DNA of 64,000 nucleotides from assembly GCF_009834535.1 (NCBI RefSeq), contig NC_045696.1, positions 16,928,001-16,992,000 of the forward strand, in the 5' to 3' direction. This stretch comes from Camelus ferus. Lineage: Eukaryota. This document shows, piece after piece, positions 1 through 13,948 of the stretch (positions within the stretch are counted from its first letter, which is position 1; each line of letters opens with the position of its first letter). Under the pieces are notes generated by a model, which saw only the letters and a list, made by a program, of their open reading frames with translations, did not search any database and was not told the origin of the DNA. The position numbers and the translations under genes were made by a program.

Positions 1-929
1 TGCTTCTGCAGAGGTCTTAACAAATATCCACCTACAATTATGCATGACATTTAAATTTGTTTACCACAATAAATAAAAGGAAAATGTAATTAGTATTCAC
101 TCTGGATTATAAGTTTAATACACCTGATTATAATCAAGTAATAAAAACAAAGCTGAACTCCTCCTTGGAGATATCTAAAATGCAATATTTTCAGATGCTT
201 AACTCTCATGCTAAGGACTGTATATTAGTGGTCTAATATATGCCTTCTAAATCATTTCCTTCCAAAAGCACTTCCTTTATTATATTTTACTAACAACAAT
301 CAATTAAAAATGTATAAATACTCTGTGATAGATCCTTGTACCAATTTGCATTCCATATTAAGTTGTCATATAAAGAAGAAAAGATATGTAGGCAGAAATT
401 CACAAATTGTTAGTTAAAAGCATTCATTTTGTTTTATGCTATAGTCCAATTAACCACATAGTTGTGGGCTTTATGATGACTATGGAATATAAAACCAACT
501 TGACTTAAATGGAATAAAAATGAGAGATATAGTGTATCTCTACACTGTATCTTTATAGTATAGCTCCCCGTTTTGAAAAGATGGTTTAGAAATAAATTTC
601 CTCTCTGTAAAATATAATAAAGTACACTAATGAAATTTTCACTTGAAAATTTTGTGCGTCATATTAAAAATTCAGATGGGATTTTTGAAAAAAGATAGCT
701 ACTCCATTTTGAACAGAATAATTACCAAACTATACTTGGGAAGTATTTGCTGAGCAAAACTCTCTCTGTGTGCCTTTTAAAATACTTTCACTTAGATTTA
801 ACTAATTTAGTTAGTGGTCTGAGATGAGGAAGGCAAGTGATGACTTATATGGATTGCTTAATACCCTACGGTGACTCTTCTCAGAGTGATGATGCCAACT
901 TCATACTCAGCCTACAAAGCCGAGTGACA

Positions 930-1224
930 GGTGGCCCATCTCTTGTCTTCCTCATCTCAAACCACAGCTCCCTCCTCTCACTCTGGCCTTTTCATTCTCA
1001 GAGCACACCAATCTTGCTCCGCCTTAGGGGCTTTGCACTTTACAGTTCATCTTTCCCCAAATCATCTTCTAATTTAGTTAGTGGCTCAAATGTCAGCTCT
1101 CTCAAATTAGCTTTTAATTCATCCCAGCTCACATGTCACTTCTTCAGAGGTATTTCCTATGGCCTTTAAATTCATGGATAACATCTGTCCCCTTGTTTCC
1201 TTTTCTTTGCAGTATGCTATTTGA
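930..1224 (+). mobile_element. LINE-2 fragment (upstream part of an interrupted L2)
   Basis: L2-like pyrimidine-rich motifs (ctctggccttttcattctc...gccttaggggctttgcactt); appears to resume at about 2195 after the MLT1/LTR insertion. Confidence 0.5.
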
Positions 1225-2165
1225 TGTTATATAGTTTGCTAGGGCTATGTTAAGGAGGAAAAACTTTTTCTCCACCCTCTTAGTTTCTATCCCTATGGGC
1301 CTGTGAATTAAACTGACAAACAACAGTTTAACTGTTTGTTTGTATGCATATGGGAGCCAACAAAAGACATACATAACTTGCTAAATGGTTAAAATTAGAG
1401 GCTCCTGTACCTTTTTTGGTAGGGGAAAGGTAGAGAGGGAAGGCTTCAATGGAAAAAACAAATCAGTTCCTTTACAAAGACACGTAGGTTTTTAGGAGAA
1501 CAAAGGGGAGATAAGAAAATTTGTGATACGTTTGCTTATGCAGGTGTGAGTGGTCTTTCCATCTTGTTCATGGCCATGAAGCTTCCCCAGAGACATTAGA
1601 GGTACGTTTGCTCTTGGTCTCTCTCCTGGGAGTAGATTTTCCAGAGAGGGAATTTATGAAAGCCTCATTTCTCAGAAGTTGTTGCTTTTAATCAGATAAG
1701 TAAAGCTCCAAGAAGATGCCTTTTTGTCTTCTGTTGAATATCAAATCTTCAGCTTAAAATAATCTTCCTACTCCCAAAGGGTTCCAAGTAGATCTCTACA
1801 CCTTCCATAACAAAATTCCACTGACTGGGTGGCTCTACCAACAGAAATGTGTTCTCTCACCACTCTTCAGATTTTAAGTCCAAAATCAAGGTGTCAGCGG
1901 GGTTGGTTTCTTCTGAGGCCTGTTTCCCTGGCTTGAAGAAGGCCTGTTCTCTGTTTGTGCACGTCCCTGTTGCTTCTCAATGTGTTCAAATCTCTTCATC
2001 TTGTAAAGACACCAGACAGATTGAGTTAGGACCCACCCATACGGCCTTATTTAAAATTTTCACCTCTTTAAAAGTCTTATCTCAAAATACAGTCACATTC
2101 TGAGGTACTAAGGGTTAAGACTTCAACATATGAATTTGGTGGGGGGACAATTTTCAGCTTATAAA
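1225..2165 (-). mobile_element. MaLR LTR (MLT1B/C-like), interrupted by an ERV1 LTR at 1248-1800
   Basis: agtttgctagggct...ccataacaaa..ccactgactgggtggct..caacagaaat..aagtccaaaatcaaggtgtcagc..gggttaagacttcaacatatgaattt resembles recalled MLT1 consensus (antisense). Confidence 0.8.
1248..1800 (-). mobile_element. ERV1-type solo LTR
   Basis: 553 bp with TG...CA ends that splits the MLT1; minus strand ends gaaaaagtttttcctccttaaca, typical of class I LTR U5 ends. Confidence 0.7.
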
Positions 2166-2194
2166 ACATACTATTTACTTTAATTCTTTACTAC

Positions 2195-2338
2195 CTGCAA
2201 TCTGTCTCCACTACTATAAAGTGAACTCTTTGAGGGCAGAGAAATGTCTGGCTTCATTCTCAGCATGTAAAGCAATTAACAGTCATAGTTGGCTATAGTG
2301 TGCGGACAATAAATATTTGTTGAATACCTAAATGAATT
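2195..2338 (+). mobile_element. LINE-2 3' end
   Basis: gtgaactctttgagggcagaga...caataaatatttgttgaat...aatgaat, the canonical L2 tail. Confidence 0.7.
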
Positions 2339-3431
2339 CTTTCAATGGCTAAACATCCATCTCTAATGTTGAGCAGAAAACTCTCCATTAAAGTAAATAT
2401 AAGCATATTTTATATGAAGAGTCAATAGGGAGGTAGGGAAAAACTTTCTTTCTTAAGTATTTGGAAAATTCTTGTGTCTGTCAAAAATAAAAACAGACTT
2501 TATTTTGAAAATATTACCATAATATTCCTATACCAAAAATCTACAAAAATTTAAGAATATTCTTCAAGGGGAAATAATATTTTTCAAGAATACATCTAAA
2601 TAACTTACATAGAAAAACAAAGTCATATAATTAGTCAACTTCCTCTCTTGAAACATATGTGAGATGATAAGATGTTAAAATGACCAGAATCAAGGAAAAA
2701 CATTTTTTTGTGGAATACTTGTTAAAGTGCGTGAGGCTTAAACAGCATTTTGAAGGAATGGGGAAAATTAAATATAAGTTAGTAGTAAAATGCAAAATAG
2801 AAAAATCAGGAATAGCAGACAATAAAAGCTGGAAGGAGTGAGTCACAGAATCTTGTAGCTCATGGTTAATATTTAATTTGAGTTTGATCAACTATGACCC
2901 TTCTAAAGGGAAAGTGGTGGTGTGTGGTCAATGCATGAACATTGGAGATTTTAAAGTAAGAAAGCAAGGGTTACTACTTTTGTGACGTCCTAAGAATGTA
3001 AATCGAGACTGATGCTGCTATCGCATCTGGTGTATCATGCATCTGGAAAATTGGAAGTGAAGAATTAGCCCCTTTTCTGCTACATGCTTTGGAAACTGGC
3101 TAAGTGGCTAATTGTGCTACTATTTACAGTGCAGGAGAAGCTAGTGAGAGGTCATGGTTTAGAGCAAGAAATGATGACATTCTTTATTCACGTAGAATGG
3201 TTTTGTGAAATGGAAAGCAATGTAAAGTAGAACTTTGAATTAAAACAAATCTAAATGAACAAAGAAAGAAGCTAGGGCAGAGGTGTAAATTTCAGTCATT
3301 AGGGCGGAAATAGTCTCCTCATCAAGGAAAGGAGAGACGTAAAGAACAAAACATCTAATACTGAGGCTTGAAGGATGACCATGTGCAGAAAAAATGACAT
3401 GATTTTCAAAAGAATATGTTAGCTCTCTGTT

Positions 3432-3432
<1 letters not shown>

Positions 3433-3466
<34 letters not shown>
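3433..3466. repeat. (CA)17 microsatellite
   Basis: Read directly from the sequence. Confidence 0.97.
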
Positions 3467-3469
<3 letters not shown>

Positions 3470-6029
3470 CCAGGAGAATCAGAACCAGACTATGTCTTGA
3501 TTGGAGTATTTTAAATTGCTTTCAGTGTGAAACACGGTTAGTTTTACCTGAGAAAAATGACTTCATGCATTTTCCACCATCTGTGTTTTGGGGAACAGGT
3601 TGGTGGGATGGCAGTTCTAGTTGCCTTCAATTTAATTATGAGAAGACTATCTGAACTTTTATTAAGTGATGGTGTTTGTGATTATGATTTTCATTATGGA
3701 ATATTCAACTTTGAATTCTCCTCTCCATTTCTATCATTGCCATTGCTGCCACTCCTGAAACTCATTCTCATTTGGAGCATTCTGGACTACTAATGCCCTA
3801 GGAGATAATTTAAGAAATGCTGAGAGAAAACCCTAAACCTTAGATTCGAAGGTTCATTTGGTCTATTCTCCAGTTAGTGTTTTAAAATAAAGGCACTTTG
3901 GGGGACAGTTAAGCTGTAAATCAACTTTATATACACAAGGGACCTTGGCAGAAGATGTTTCTAGAAAGGATGCCCTGAAGAAGTATTGTTAAAGAGAAGT
4001 GAGAAAATTAAAAAAAAAAAATTAAAAGAAAAGAACGTTAGCTGCATCTTAATAATTTATTTGATTCTTTCTGTAGCCTCTTATCACCAAAAATAAAATA
4101 AAATAGTAATAATAATAATAAAACAATGCTGATGCACTAAAGTGAGTCTAAAAAGAAGCCTAGACCAGTCATACCATTTTATATCTGTATTTCTGTGCAG
4201 AAGCAGCATAATGGAGAAGTGCATTAGTAGTACTTTTTGCTTTACAAGCAGCTGTGCAAAACAGAGCATCTCCTTGTTTAGAATTTTTTCCTCCAGGATC
4301 TCACAATTTTGGAGGTTGAGGAGTTTTCACACTTCAGAGCAACCAATTCAACTCTAGTGAACTTGAAAAGCAACTTCTGGCAGGACTGACAATTCTAACT
4401 TGCCAACTCCTCCTGCCTTTTGGATCTTGGAGTCAAACTCTTGCATTTTCTCTATTTTCATCTTCTACTGTGAGAAATAAAGGTGCAAAGCAAACCTGAA
4501 TCCCAAGACACACTGGAAACTCATTCTGTTCCATTTCCTTTTGGCCATAAGATTTCTCCGCTCACCTACTACTGGAATAAACAGTTTCGGGAAGCAATCT
4601 TGACAATTTTAATAGCTTGTGGCGTTTGCAGTCTCTGAAGCCCAAACTTCTCTCTAAAGTTTCCTTTTCATCACTTGAGGCTTCTAGATATTGTCATTTG
4701 TGCCCTGAGCAAGGTTTTCCTTCTACATTTCTCCTAGATTTTCTTTTTTTTTTTTTCCCTAAACCAGATACACTTATATCTATTCCGTGTCAGTTATCGA
4801 CACAAAATAAATTATCAGAAATATTTCCAAGCTGTGTCTTAACAAATGAGTGATCTACATATTTCTTTAAAATATTTCTTTTATCCGCCTACACATATAT
4901 TTGATATCGGCAGCCAGAGGGCACACATGAATTTTCTATCATGTGATACTTAGAAGATAGAACATTTTATTACTTACCTGGAAAATAATTTTGTAAGGAA
5001 AACATTTGGAGTGGATGTAGCTAATTTTCTTCTCAATTCACAGTGTACAATATCATCAGGAGAAGGTCTTTTGGTGAAATGAATTGTTTAAATAATTTTC
5101 TCATGAATGTGAGGGCATGGACAACAGGCAAATGCATCTGACATTCTTGGAGACAAGTACTGCTAGAATTCATCCTCTGATTTAATCCTTTTGTCAAGGG
5201 CACCGTTCTCAACTGTGTTTCAGTTGTGTTTCCATGTGGCAGTGAAAGCTTCATTTTTTTCTCTTCTAAAGTAATATGTAGGGAGGTTAATGTGAAGACA
5301 AAAACACAAGTTTTTTTTTTTTAATTTTTTTAGTTGATTTGGATAAACTTCCCTAAATTCACTTCGCTACTTAAAAGGAATTATATTTACCCATTACCCT
5401 TTAACAATGTGATTCTGCTATGCTAGGAATACAGCCATTCTTTGAGACTTGGATTATGTATTTGAGAGGATAGCTCTCCAAACATAGTATTTTTGATTAT
5501 GAAGAGATAATAATCAAAAAGTAACTCAAAGATAGGTAATTCCCACCTAGAAGAAAAGTTTCACATGCTATTAATTTAAATACTTGTGTTGTACAACTCT
5601 TCTCACAGAGAAAAGATGATTCTTCTCAACTTTCATTGTTGTGATTTTCTAATACAGTGATGTCATAAAATTCAAAACCACCTCTATCATTTTTATCAAT
5701 ATCCGTGAAATATATTGGCTCAAAACACACTGTTTCAGACATTTACTTAAAAAAATTTAAACAGGATCTCCTCTCACTATGGAAGAGCCCCATCCATCAC
5801 TTGTTTTCTTTCACATGAGAAAATTAATATGAATGGGCAAGGCAACTTAAAATAACTGGGCAAAGCTAGTCTTAATATTTGTACTATGATCATTTTTTTT
5901 CTGCAATCTTGTGGCAGGCAGAAAGGCAAAAAACATTCTCAGAGCATCTTTGGTTGTGTTTCCTGGAGACAGCTATCTATTTTCTCTTCATTTCTACATA
6001 ATGGCAGTTTGGTCTGCTAGGTCATGTCA

Positions 6030-7040
6030 CTGTGCCATTTGGCTATAACCGTGTAAACTATCTCCAAAACACAGCGCTTAAAACACTCATTCATTATAAT
6101 AGCCCTAAATTCTGAGTCTGGGGTTTGGCTGATCTCTGACGTCCTCACTCATATCCAGGGGATGGAGGGCAACTGGCTGCTACAGGCTGGCCTCATCTGG
6201 ACTCTGATCTATGTGTCTTTCATCCTCTTTGTGGGATCAACAAACAAATCTGAGTATGTCTCCCTCATGGCAGCAGCAGAAGGGCAAAATATGCAAGCCT
6301 GACCTTCCCGCATCTCTCACACTTCCATTTGTGTCACACACTGATGCTGACACACACAAGTTTGTGTGCCTGACACACAGTAAGTCCAAGCAGACCGAAG
6401 GGTCAGAATTTAGAGCAGAAGAAGGTGTATTGAAGAGTTGAGCAGGAAGAATGGGTGGCTCATGCTCCCAAATCCCAATCTCCCTGATGGCTTTTGGAGA
6501 AAAGTTTTTCATAAGCAAAATGTGGGGTGATGGCTGCAGGGTGTGTGACTTTCTTCTGATTGATTGGTGGTGACAAAATAGGGCAATGTTCCAGGACTCT
6601 TATACTCACCTGCAGTTACCAGGTAGGAGCCTTAGTTCCTGCAGGAAAACTCAAAGATACATTGTTACACGTGTTCCCTGAGGAAGAACCAGGACCCTCT
6701 CCCCTCACTGTACTTTTGTTTCTTGACTGCTCCTTTTTTGTTCCTGCATTCCCTCACTTCCCTGATTAATAATTGTTTGAATCTGCCCATTAGAACTCAG
6801 GGAAAGTCTAGGAAGCTGAATAAAGCCTATTTCCTGCAAACAAGAAATGGGGGACAAAAAGGAGTTGTACCCAGGAGGGCCCCATAGGGTCCTGTTTGGT
6901 TTCACTAATGTTCCATTGGCCAAAGCAAGCCACTTGGCTAAGCACAGTGTCAGGAAATTAAACCTCTCACCATTCCATGCAGGATGCTGTGAAGTACATG
7001 GCAGGGATGGAAATAGGAGGGAGAGACAGATTGGGGCCAT
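6030..7040 (-). mobile_element. Old MaLR LTR (MLT1H/J-like) interrupted by an ERV1 LTR
   Basis: tctccaaaacacagcgcttaaaacac...ggctggcctcatctgg...ctaatgttccattggccaaagcaagccac...ttggggccatcttgcaat MLT1 motifs on both sides of 6342-6904. Confidence 0.6.
6342..6904 (-). mobile_element. ERV1-type solo LTR
   Basis: TG...CA bounded block of about 560 bp (cagtaagtccaagc..tttagagcagaagaaggtgtattg..tttcttctgattgattggtggtga..ggtcctgtttggtttca) resembling laurasiatherian ERV1 LTRs; splits the MLT1. Confidence 0.7.
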
Positions 7041-7935
7041 CTTGCAATTTACTACAGTCACTTACCTAGAGTAGTATGTTCCAAAATGTAGACTCATGAT
7101 ATATTCATATACACTAAACATAAAGGTAATCTTGTGATGAACATATTTTTTCTTATTTTTCAATTTTGTTAAAGTTATTAAGAGTTATCAACCCCAAGAA
7201 TTAGCTGCAAACATATAAAGCATATTGCTAGACAGTACAAAATAGCATAAACATTAAAATCCTAGGTAGTAAAATGCAGACACATATGCTCTCTTTCCAA
7301 TTTAAACCATATTTTAAAATTAGATTAACATCCTAAATCAAACATGAATATAGAAACATAAAACATAGAGTACCATAACTAATACTGCCTTTGTCTTCTA
7401 CCCATGCATGTTGCAAGTATATTTTCCTGTTTATTATGGTTCTTATACTTCATAATTTGAAAGAACTTAGTTGTTCACATGGTTCCTTATTTCCAGCACA
7501 GATTTCAGCAGAATAAATTCACTTTATAGCACTCCTTATAAAATTTGTTTTGATTTAAATCATATTTATCTTTGCTAAATCAGACATGTATGATTTTTAT
7601 TAGAGATCTTCGGCTTTTCCACAGTAACACATTGATATTATGAAGTTATTAAAATATAATTTAATAGTCTCTTTTAGTAACTATTATCGCTTTTCTCTAA
7701 ATGTGTTCTTGTCAACATATTTTGCATTTATATTCCAATTGACTTTGCAGAGCCTGATATTGTTAGAGAAGGAAGGCTGATAATTATTCTCCTGTGCACA
7801 CTTTGTCATATTTATGCTTTATTCAGCCCATTAGGATATAAAGTTGTATTTGGTTTTAGCATGCTCATTATTTTCTTTTGTGTTTGTTTGTGTGTGTGAA
7901 TGAGTAATTCCAGCAGCTCAAATTTGAACTCATAC

Positions 7936-9828
7936 TGTTAGAGCAGACAGATAGCTAGAAATGAGCAGAGAAACAGGGACAAGGCCAAATGGCAGGAAAC
8001 CATTTGTCTTGTGAACAATGGGGGTCCTTGGGCAAAGAAAAGCACGAAATTCCCAACTGATAAACAACAACACATTTTGGGTTGTTAAGTGTCATGGAGG
8101 CAGACAAAGAAAGGTGGGATAAGGCAGGTATCTCTGGCATCAGAATGTAACATTTTATGCTCTCATTTGAATGTAACCTTTTGCTCATTATGCTTTTATT
8201 ACAAGCAAATTAACCTTGCAGTTAAGAAGTACCCATTATGAAACAATGCCATGACACTTTTGATCAAGACTAAATAAGGACAAAAATCCCTCTTCCTCTC
8301 CAGAAGGTAGAGTTGGGATAAAAATCAGAAAATACAACTTAAAAACCTTCCTTCCCCAATGAATATTCTGCCCATTCATTTTTACATCTCATATAAACAG
8401 TGTGCCAAAGAAACTCAGCACAGCTACTCATCTGAGTCTGTTGACTCTCTGCTTAAGAGTGTACTATCACTTAATAAATCCTCACTTTCTCTTTTTAATT
8501 TTTAATTAATTAATTTATTTTTTAAATTGAAATATAGTTGATTTATAATATTGTGTTAGTTCTGGTATACAGCAAAGTGATTCAATTATACACATACATT
8601 CTTTTTCAGATTCTTTTCCATTATAGGTTATTATAAGATATTTAATATAGTTCCCTGTACTATACAGTAGGTCCTTGTTGTTTATCTGTTTTATATATTG
8701 TGGTGTATATATGTTAATTCTGAATTCCTAATTTATCTTTCCCCCTATCCTTTTTCCCTTTGGTAACCATAGTTTATTTTCTATGTCTATGAGTGTATTT
8801 CTGGCTTGTAAATAATTTCATTTGTGCCACTTTTTTTAAGATTCTACATATATGAGATATAATATAATATTTGTCTTTCTCTGTCTGACTTACTTCACTT
8901 ATTGTGATAAACTCTAGGTTCATCCATGTTGCTGCAAATGATATTATTTCATTCTTTTTTATGGCTGAGTAGTATTTCATCATCACACACACACATACAT
9001 CATATATCACATTTTCTTTATTCATGCATCTGTCAATGGACATTTAGGCTGCTTTCATGTCTTGGCTATTATAAATAGTGTTGCTATGAACATTGAGGTG
9101 CATATATCTTTTTGAGTTTTAGATTTCTCTGGATGGATGTTCAGAAGTCATACGATAAATTTATTTCCAGTTTTTTTTAAAAGAAACTCTATACTGTTCT
9201 CCATATAGGCTGCACCAATTTACAGTCCCACCAACAGTGCAGGAGGGTTCCTTTTTCTCCACACCTTCTCCAGAGTTTATTATTTGTAGACTTTTTGATG
9301 ATGATCATTCTGACTGGTGTGAGGTGATACCTCATTGTAGTTTTGATTTGCATTTCTCTAATAGTTAGCAATGTTGAGTATCTTTTCATGTGTCTATTGG
9401 CCATCTGTATTTGGTTTAAAGACCTAAATATAAGACCAGATATTCAAACTCCCAGAAGAAAACACAAGCAGAACACTCTTTGACATAAATTGCAGAAATA
9501 TGTTTTTTTGACCCAACTTCTGCAATAGTGGAAATAAAAGCAAAAATAAGCAAATGGGACCTGATTAAACTTAAAAGCTTTTTTGTACAGCAAAGGAAAG
9601 CATATACAAAATGAAAAGACAACCCACCGAATGGGAGAAAATCATTACAAAGGAAGAGACCATGGATTAATTTCCAAAATATAAAAACAGCTTTATGTAT
9701 ATATATATAAAACACCCCCCCCCAAAAAAATCGGCAGACAACCAAAGAGACATTTCTCACTTTACTTTCTTGACCTTTGTTTCTCTGAATTCTTTCTTCG
9801 ACAAGAGAAGAACTTAACTCTTGTAACA
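7936..9828 (+). mobile_element. ERV1-type solo LTR split by an L1 (LTR parts 7936-8491 and 9756-9828)
   Basis: Starts tgttagagc and ends ttgtaaca; TATA-like tataaa at about 8392 and AATAAA at 8473; 4-bp flanks ATAC/ATAT (TSD with 1 mismatch). Confidence 0.75.
8492..9758 (-). mobile_element. 5'-truncated, 5'-inverted L1 (twin-priming product)
   Basis: 8492-9411 is L1 ORF2 C-terminus plus 3'UTR and poly(A) on minus (ORFs [11 protein letters not shown]..., FAATWMNLE); 9412-9758 is the adjacent upstream ORF2 segment on plus; TSD core ctcacttt at 8481 and 9756. Confidence 0.88.
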
Positions 9829-10639
9829 ATATGTTGTCATGGAAATCACTTAAAACCAAACTATTTTTGGCCTATTTGGAATATAGCAAAGATGCTAACA
9901 CAAACATCTAAAGGAGGCTAACAGATTGTAGGGACAATAAACATATATTAGGTTTGTTTTTTAGGAAGCAACAGAGGTAAGATTTGTTTAAGAGAAAAAG
10001 AAAAGTGTGAACTTGAGCTGACAAGATCTATTTTCTGAGTTGACAAGATCTAGTTTTAATACTTATCTGCCCTGTGGACTTGAGGAAGCCACAGTCTCTT
10101 GATTTTCTGATTCCTGATCCAAAGAATGAAGACAGTAATAATCAATGCCCCAATCTTACATTTTGGAGGCCTGGTTACAATAGGAGTTAGGGAAGTGTTA
10201 AGCAAAGTGTAACGTCATACATTCACCACCTGCTAGAGTAGAAATTGAGTCAGGAGCTGGTGGTTATTATTGGGAGCAATAAAGACTAGTGAATAAGCTA
10301 GTGATTTACACAATTTTAATAAAATGGAAGCCTCCTCTAAGTTTCAGGTCCCTAGCTGATCACTGACATCATGGAAACCTGCACAACAGGAAAAGAGCTA
10401 CATCTCTTAACTTTATGAGAAAAAAATGAGACACATTTTGTCAAGGAAATGCACTGAAAATTTGGTCTGAAAATTTGTATGTAGGCTATAGATTTAATTT
10501 GTAAGCATTATATGTATAAAGCATCACACACACAAATAAAGGCACATTTAGTGGTTTTAGAGGAGGAAGCTACTTCAGGAAGAAGGTTTGCACAGGGATT
10601 TTTTTTTTTTTTCTGAAGTAGAGATTAAGTTCTGAAAGT

Positions 10640-10930
10640 AAAACAAGTTTTAGACAATGTGAAAGGAAATAGGCAATGTTTATAAGTCTCTAAGCAAGTT
10701 ATTTCAATGATAAAAGAGCATTTTAGTCAAATTTGTCTGGCAGTAGCCTTACAAATAGATTCGATATGACAGAGAATAATGGGTGAACTGCATGACGTTG
10801 ACAGTTACGGAGTGAGAAGGAGCTACAGGAGTGAAGAGGGGAGAGGATGTATCTGAGGGTCATTTAAAAGAGATGACTAAAGGACCAACTGGATTAAAAA
10901 TGTGGAGGAAAAAGAGGGTTAAATGTTTAG
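10640..10930 (-). mobile_element. LINE-2 fragment
   Basis: Purine-rich decayed L2-like text (taagcaag...atttgtctggcagtag...gatgtatctgagg...ggaaaaagagggtt). Confidence 0.45.
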
Positions 10931-11288
10931 TAATTTAGTTTAAGTATATAGAATACATATGCACACACACTTATTTAAACCGTTTTGCACAATTTTAAAA
11001 AAATCAACTTTGAAGTATAATTTACACAGAAAATTGTTTTTCTCTGAAAGAGCCAGTAGGCAAAAAGAGAGCAATCTCAAAAAATGCTATGCAGTCACTT
11101 AGAAAGATGAAGACTGAAAACAGAGTTCAGTGCTGAAGGAATTTGGTTTAATAACCATCCTAATGATGTTGTGAGAAGTCATTTTTGTGTAATTTTTATT
11201 CTGTCATTAATAGCTATAAAATCAGTGACAAATTTCCAATGAGAAAATTTTTTTATTCATTTTCTTTTAAGAGTAGATTCTGTTCTGC

Positions 11289-11631
11289 TGTGAAAAATTA
11301 CTAAACAGAAACCACAAATGAATAGAGTGAGGGGACCAGAATGGGGAGCTCTCACACCCTGTGACAATGACAGAGCCCAGCAAGAAGAAGAAAAATGATT
11401 TTATTTCCTAGCAAGGACTCAGCCAATGAAAAGCCATGGACTCTGTTTACTGTAGCCCTCCCTGCAAACTTCCTCGTCCCCTCTATTAAAGAGTTTTCCT
11501 TCCCTTGACATGTAAGGACTTGCACATGGCTCACCATGTGTGCAGACCCCAAATTGCAATTCTCTGCTGATCCCCAATAAACTCATCATTGCCGGAGAAA
11601 AATCTGGAAGTCTACTTGTTTCATGTTGACA
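11289..11631 (+). mobile_element. Class I ERV 5' LTR
   Basis: TG...CA; CCAAT, TATA-like box and AATAAA present; aligns by eye to the LTR at 20514-20854; followed by a PBS. Confidence 0.85.
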
Positions 11632-12720
11632 ATTTGGTGGCTTCTACAGGGACCAGAAAAGACTCTCAATGGTTCCAGAGCTGAGGACCAAACATGTACA
11701 GTAGCACCACTGAGCACTCTGTCTCTCACTGTTTTGCTTTCCTATCCGGTGCTTTGAAGATTCTTCATTCTCCTGGTTCTGAGTTCATGCCCTCTTTGTA
11801 TTTGAAGTTCTCCAGGCTTTATTCAGGATCTTTTAAAAGTTTTCCTCTTTCTGGTTAAGGTCCTGATCTGTATACCAGTCCTCATTTGAGACTTTAGTCT
11901 GATCTCAAGATCAGACTATTTCAACTGAAGCTGGTTGAAAAATGCCTTTGGCCCAGTTTCTTTGGGAAGATGCTGCTTCAAATGAAAATGTTCCAGTTCA
12001 GATTTTGGCTTATTCCTTTGAAGGGCTATTCCCTGGAAACTGGCTGAAAAAGCTTTTGGACTCGCTATTCCAAGGCCAAGCTGTTTCCTATGAATTGGCT
12101 GAGGTTGGCTTGCAGAAGTTTGAATTGAGTCATTTGTGCTGGGAGCTGCTTGAGCTATTTGGAAATTGTTATTTAGAGAAGGAAAAAATCATGAACTTGG
12201 GATCCCAGTTTTCTAAGTACTTTGAGGGCAACCCTTTTAAAGGGCTCCAGGTGATTTTATTAAAAAAAACAACCAAAAAAACCCTACAGTTCTTTCTCAT
12301 GCCCATTTCTAACTAAATCAACCTACCTGGCCAAAGGCAATTTAGACTATCAATACCATTTAGGGCAATCTTTGAAATTCCCAAACTTGATTTTCTTAAA
12401 AATGAATTGAACTACAATTGCTCGAAAATTTCCAGAACCTGATGAAGTGCCTATTTCAATTGGTATTTTGAGGCTTCAGTTATTAGGAGTCCAAACTTGT
12501 CATTCTGAAAAATGAGATATAAGACTAGCTGAAGCAAACAAACAATTGAAGAAAGATAAAATGGCCCCCAAAGCCTCAGGCTGCTCTCCTTGTCTTCTCT
12601 GTCTCAGCCTCGCCCTTCCAGCGCCACCTTGTCTTTCTCTGTCAGTTCCTCAGGGTCAGATTTAAGTTCAGTACCCTCTTCCTAAACTCCTTCTCAGGCA
12701 CAAGGCAGGAGCCATTTCTA
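11632..12720 (+). mobile_element. ERV internal copy 1: PBS, leader and decayed gag MA region
   Basis: PBS tggtggcttctacagggacc at 11635; gag start (L)GSQFSK at about 12197; MA-like SCPFLTK..FEIPKL; collinear with copy 2 at 14988-16072. Confidence 0.8.
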
Positions 12721-12899
12721 AAATGCAAGTGTCCATATGTTCCTGGCATAGGTAATTGTGTGTTATGATCAATGAAAATTGGGTTCTTAAGCACTATTCA
12801 AAATGACTTCTCATCTACCCAGGTTCTTAGCTTGAAGACATCTCCTCACTCATTTATTTATACACCAAATGATTATTGAACAAGGTACCACAAGAAAAG

Positions 12900-13110
12900 T
12901 CATTTTCTCAGAGAGAAACTGAGCAGTGGACTTGTGACCTCAGAACAAGGAACTATATAGTGAGAAACAGGAACCCAGGAAGGATGGAGATCTCAAGAAC
13001 CAGCCTCTTATCAGATGCTTCCAGATTGAATTTCACAGACCTTACAATTTCAACAAGTGACCCAAACCTAGGGGTCCTGCATTTTGGGTTCTCAACTTTC
13101 CATATTGTCA
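12900..13110 (+). mobile_element. Possible ERV integrase C-terminal remnant
   Basis: Decayed text resembling the GPY/F region (ccttacaattt...acccaaacctaggggtcctgcattttgggttctcaac). Confidence 0.35.
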
Positions 13111-13948
13111 AATAAGAAATTGAAAGCAACAAACTACCCTCATTATTGCTATTATTCTATACAAGGAATTTTAAGTAGAAAAAAGACAAAATAGAGGATA
13201 GTTTTTGAATAAAATTTATTTAGGTTTATGCTAACTTCTTATCTTTCCTTCTTCTTCTTCTTTTTTTTTTTTTTTTTGCAGCAAATACGAGAAAAGACTT
13301 CATATGGACCAGAGATGGGAATGTGGGAAACCTTGTGTTTAGAAGGAACATTGGGTAGAATTTTCCGAGTCCTGTTCTTTGACATGTGTTCACACATCCT
13401 TTCTGTGAGCATTTAGTGAATGCTGACTAAGGATGGGCCCTAACAAAGTAAAACACAGATGTAGGCAAGAAGCAGCCCCAAGAAGCCACAAGAACTACCC
13501 TGCCTTCTGTCTGTTCACACCCTGTTGGAAAGATTGGAAAGAAAAAAATTCATGGAGCAGAAGAAAGTGAGATGACAGCATGGTCATGTGGACTCAGCAG
13601 CCCCCCCCGCCCGGCTCTTCACCCAGCAGACTTGGGGGCATAAGGACACATGTATTAAATACTGAGTCCAGGGTTCCATCTAGATTTTGATACTAGATAT
13701 GGTTTACCTGACAGTGGATTTTACTCTTTATTGCAAGATTAGACACAAGTGGTTTAAACTTTTTAATAGTCACACAGGCTGACAGTAAAAACAGCCGTCC
13801 CTGGCCTTGTCCCTCCATCCCTGGCTCCAATTTCCCTGATTCAGTCACCACCAGCCCTATTAGTGACTTCTGGAATTTACCTCTGCATTTGTAAATAACG
13901 TGCTTCTAGGCTATATCCTGATCCATCCACTGAGCACATTAGCTCTTA

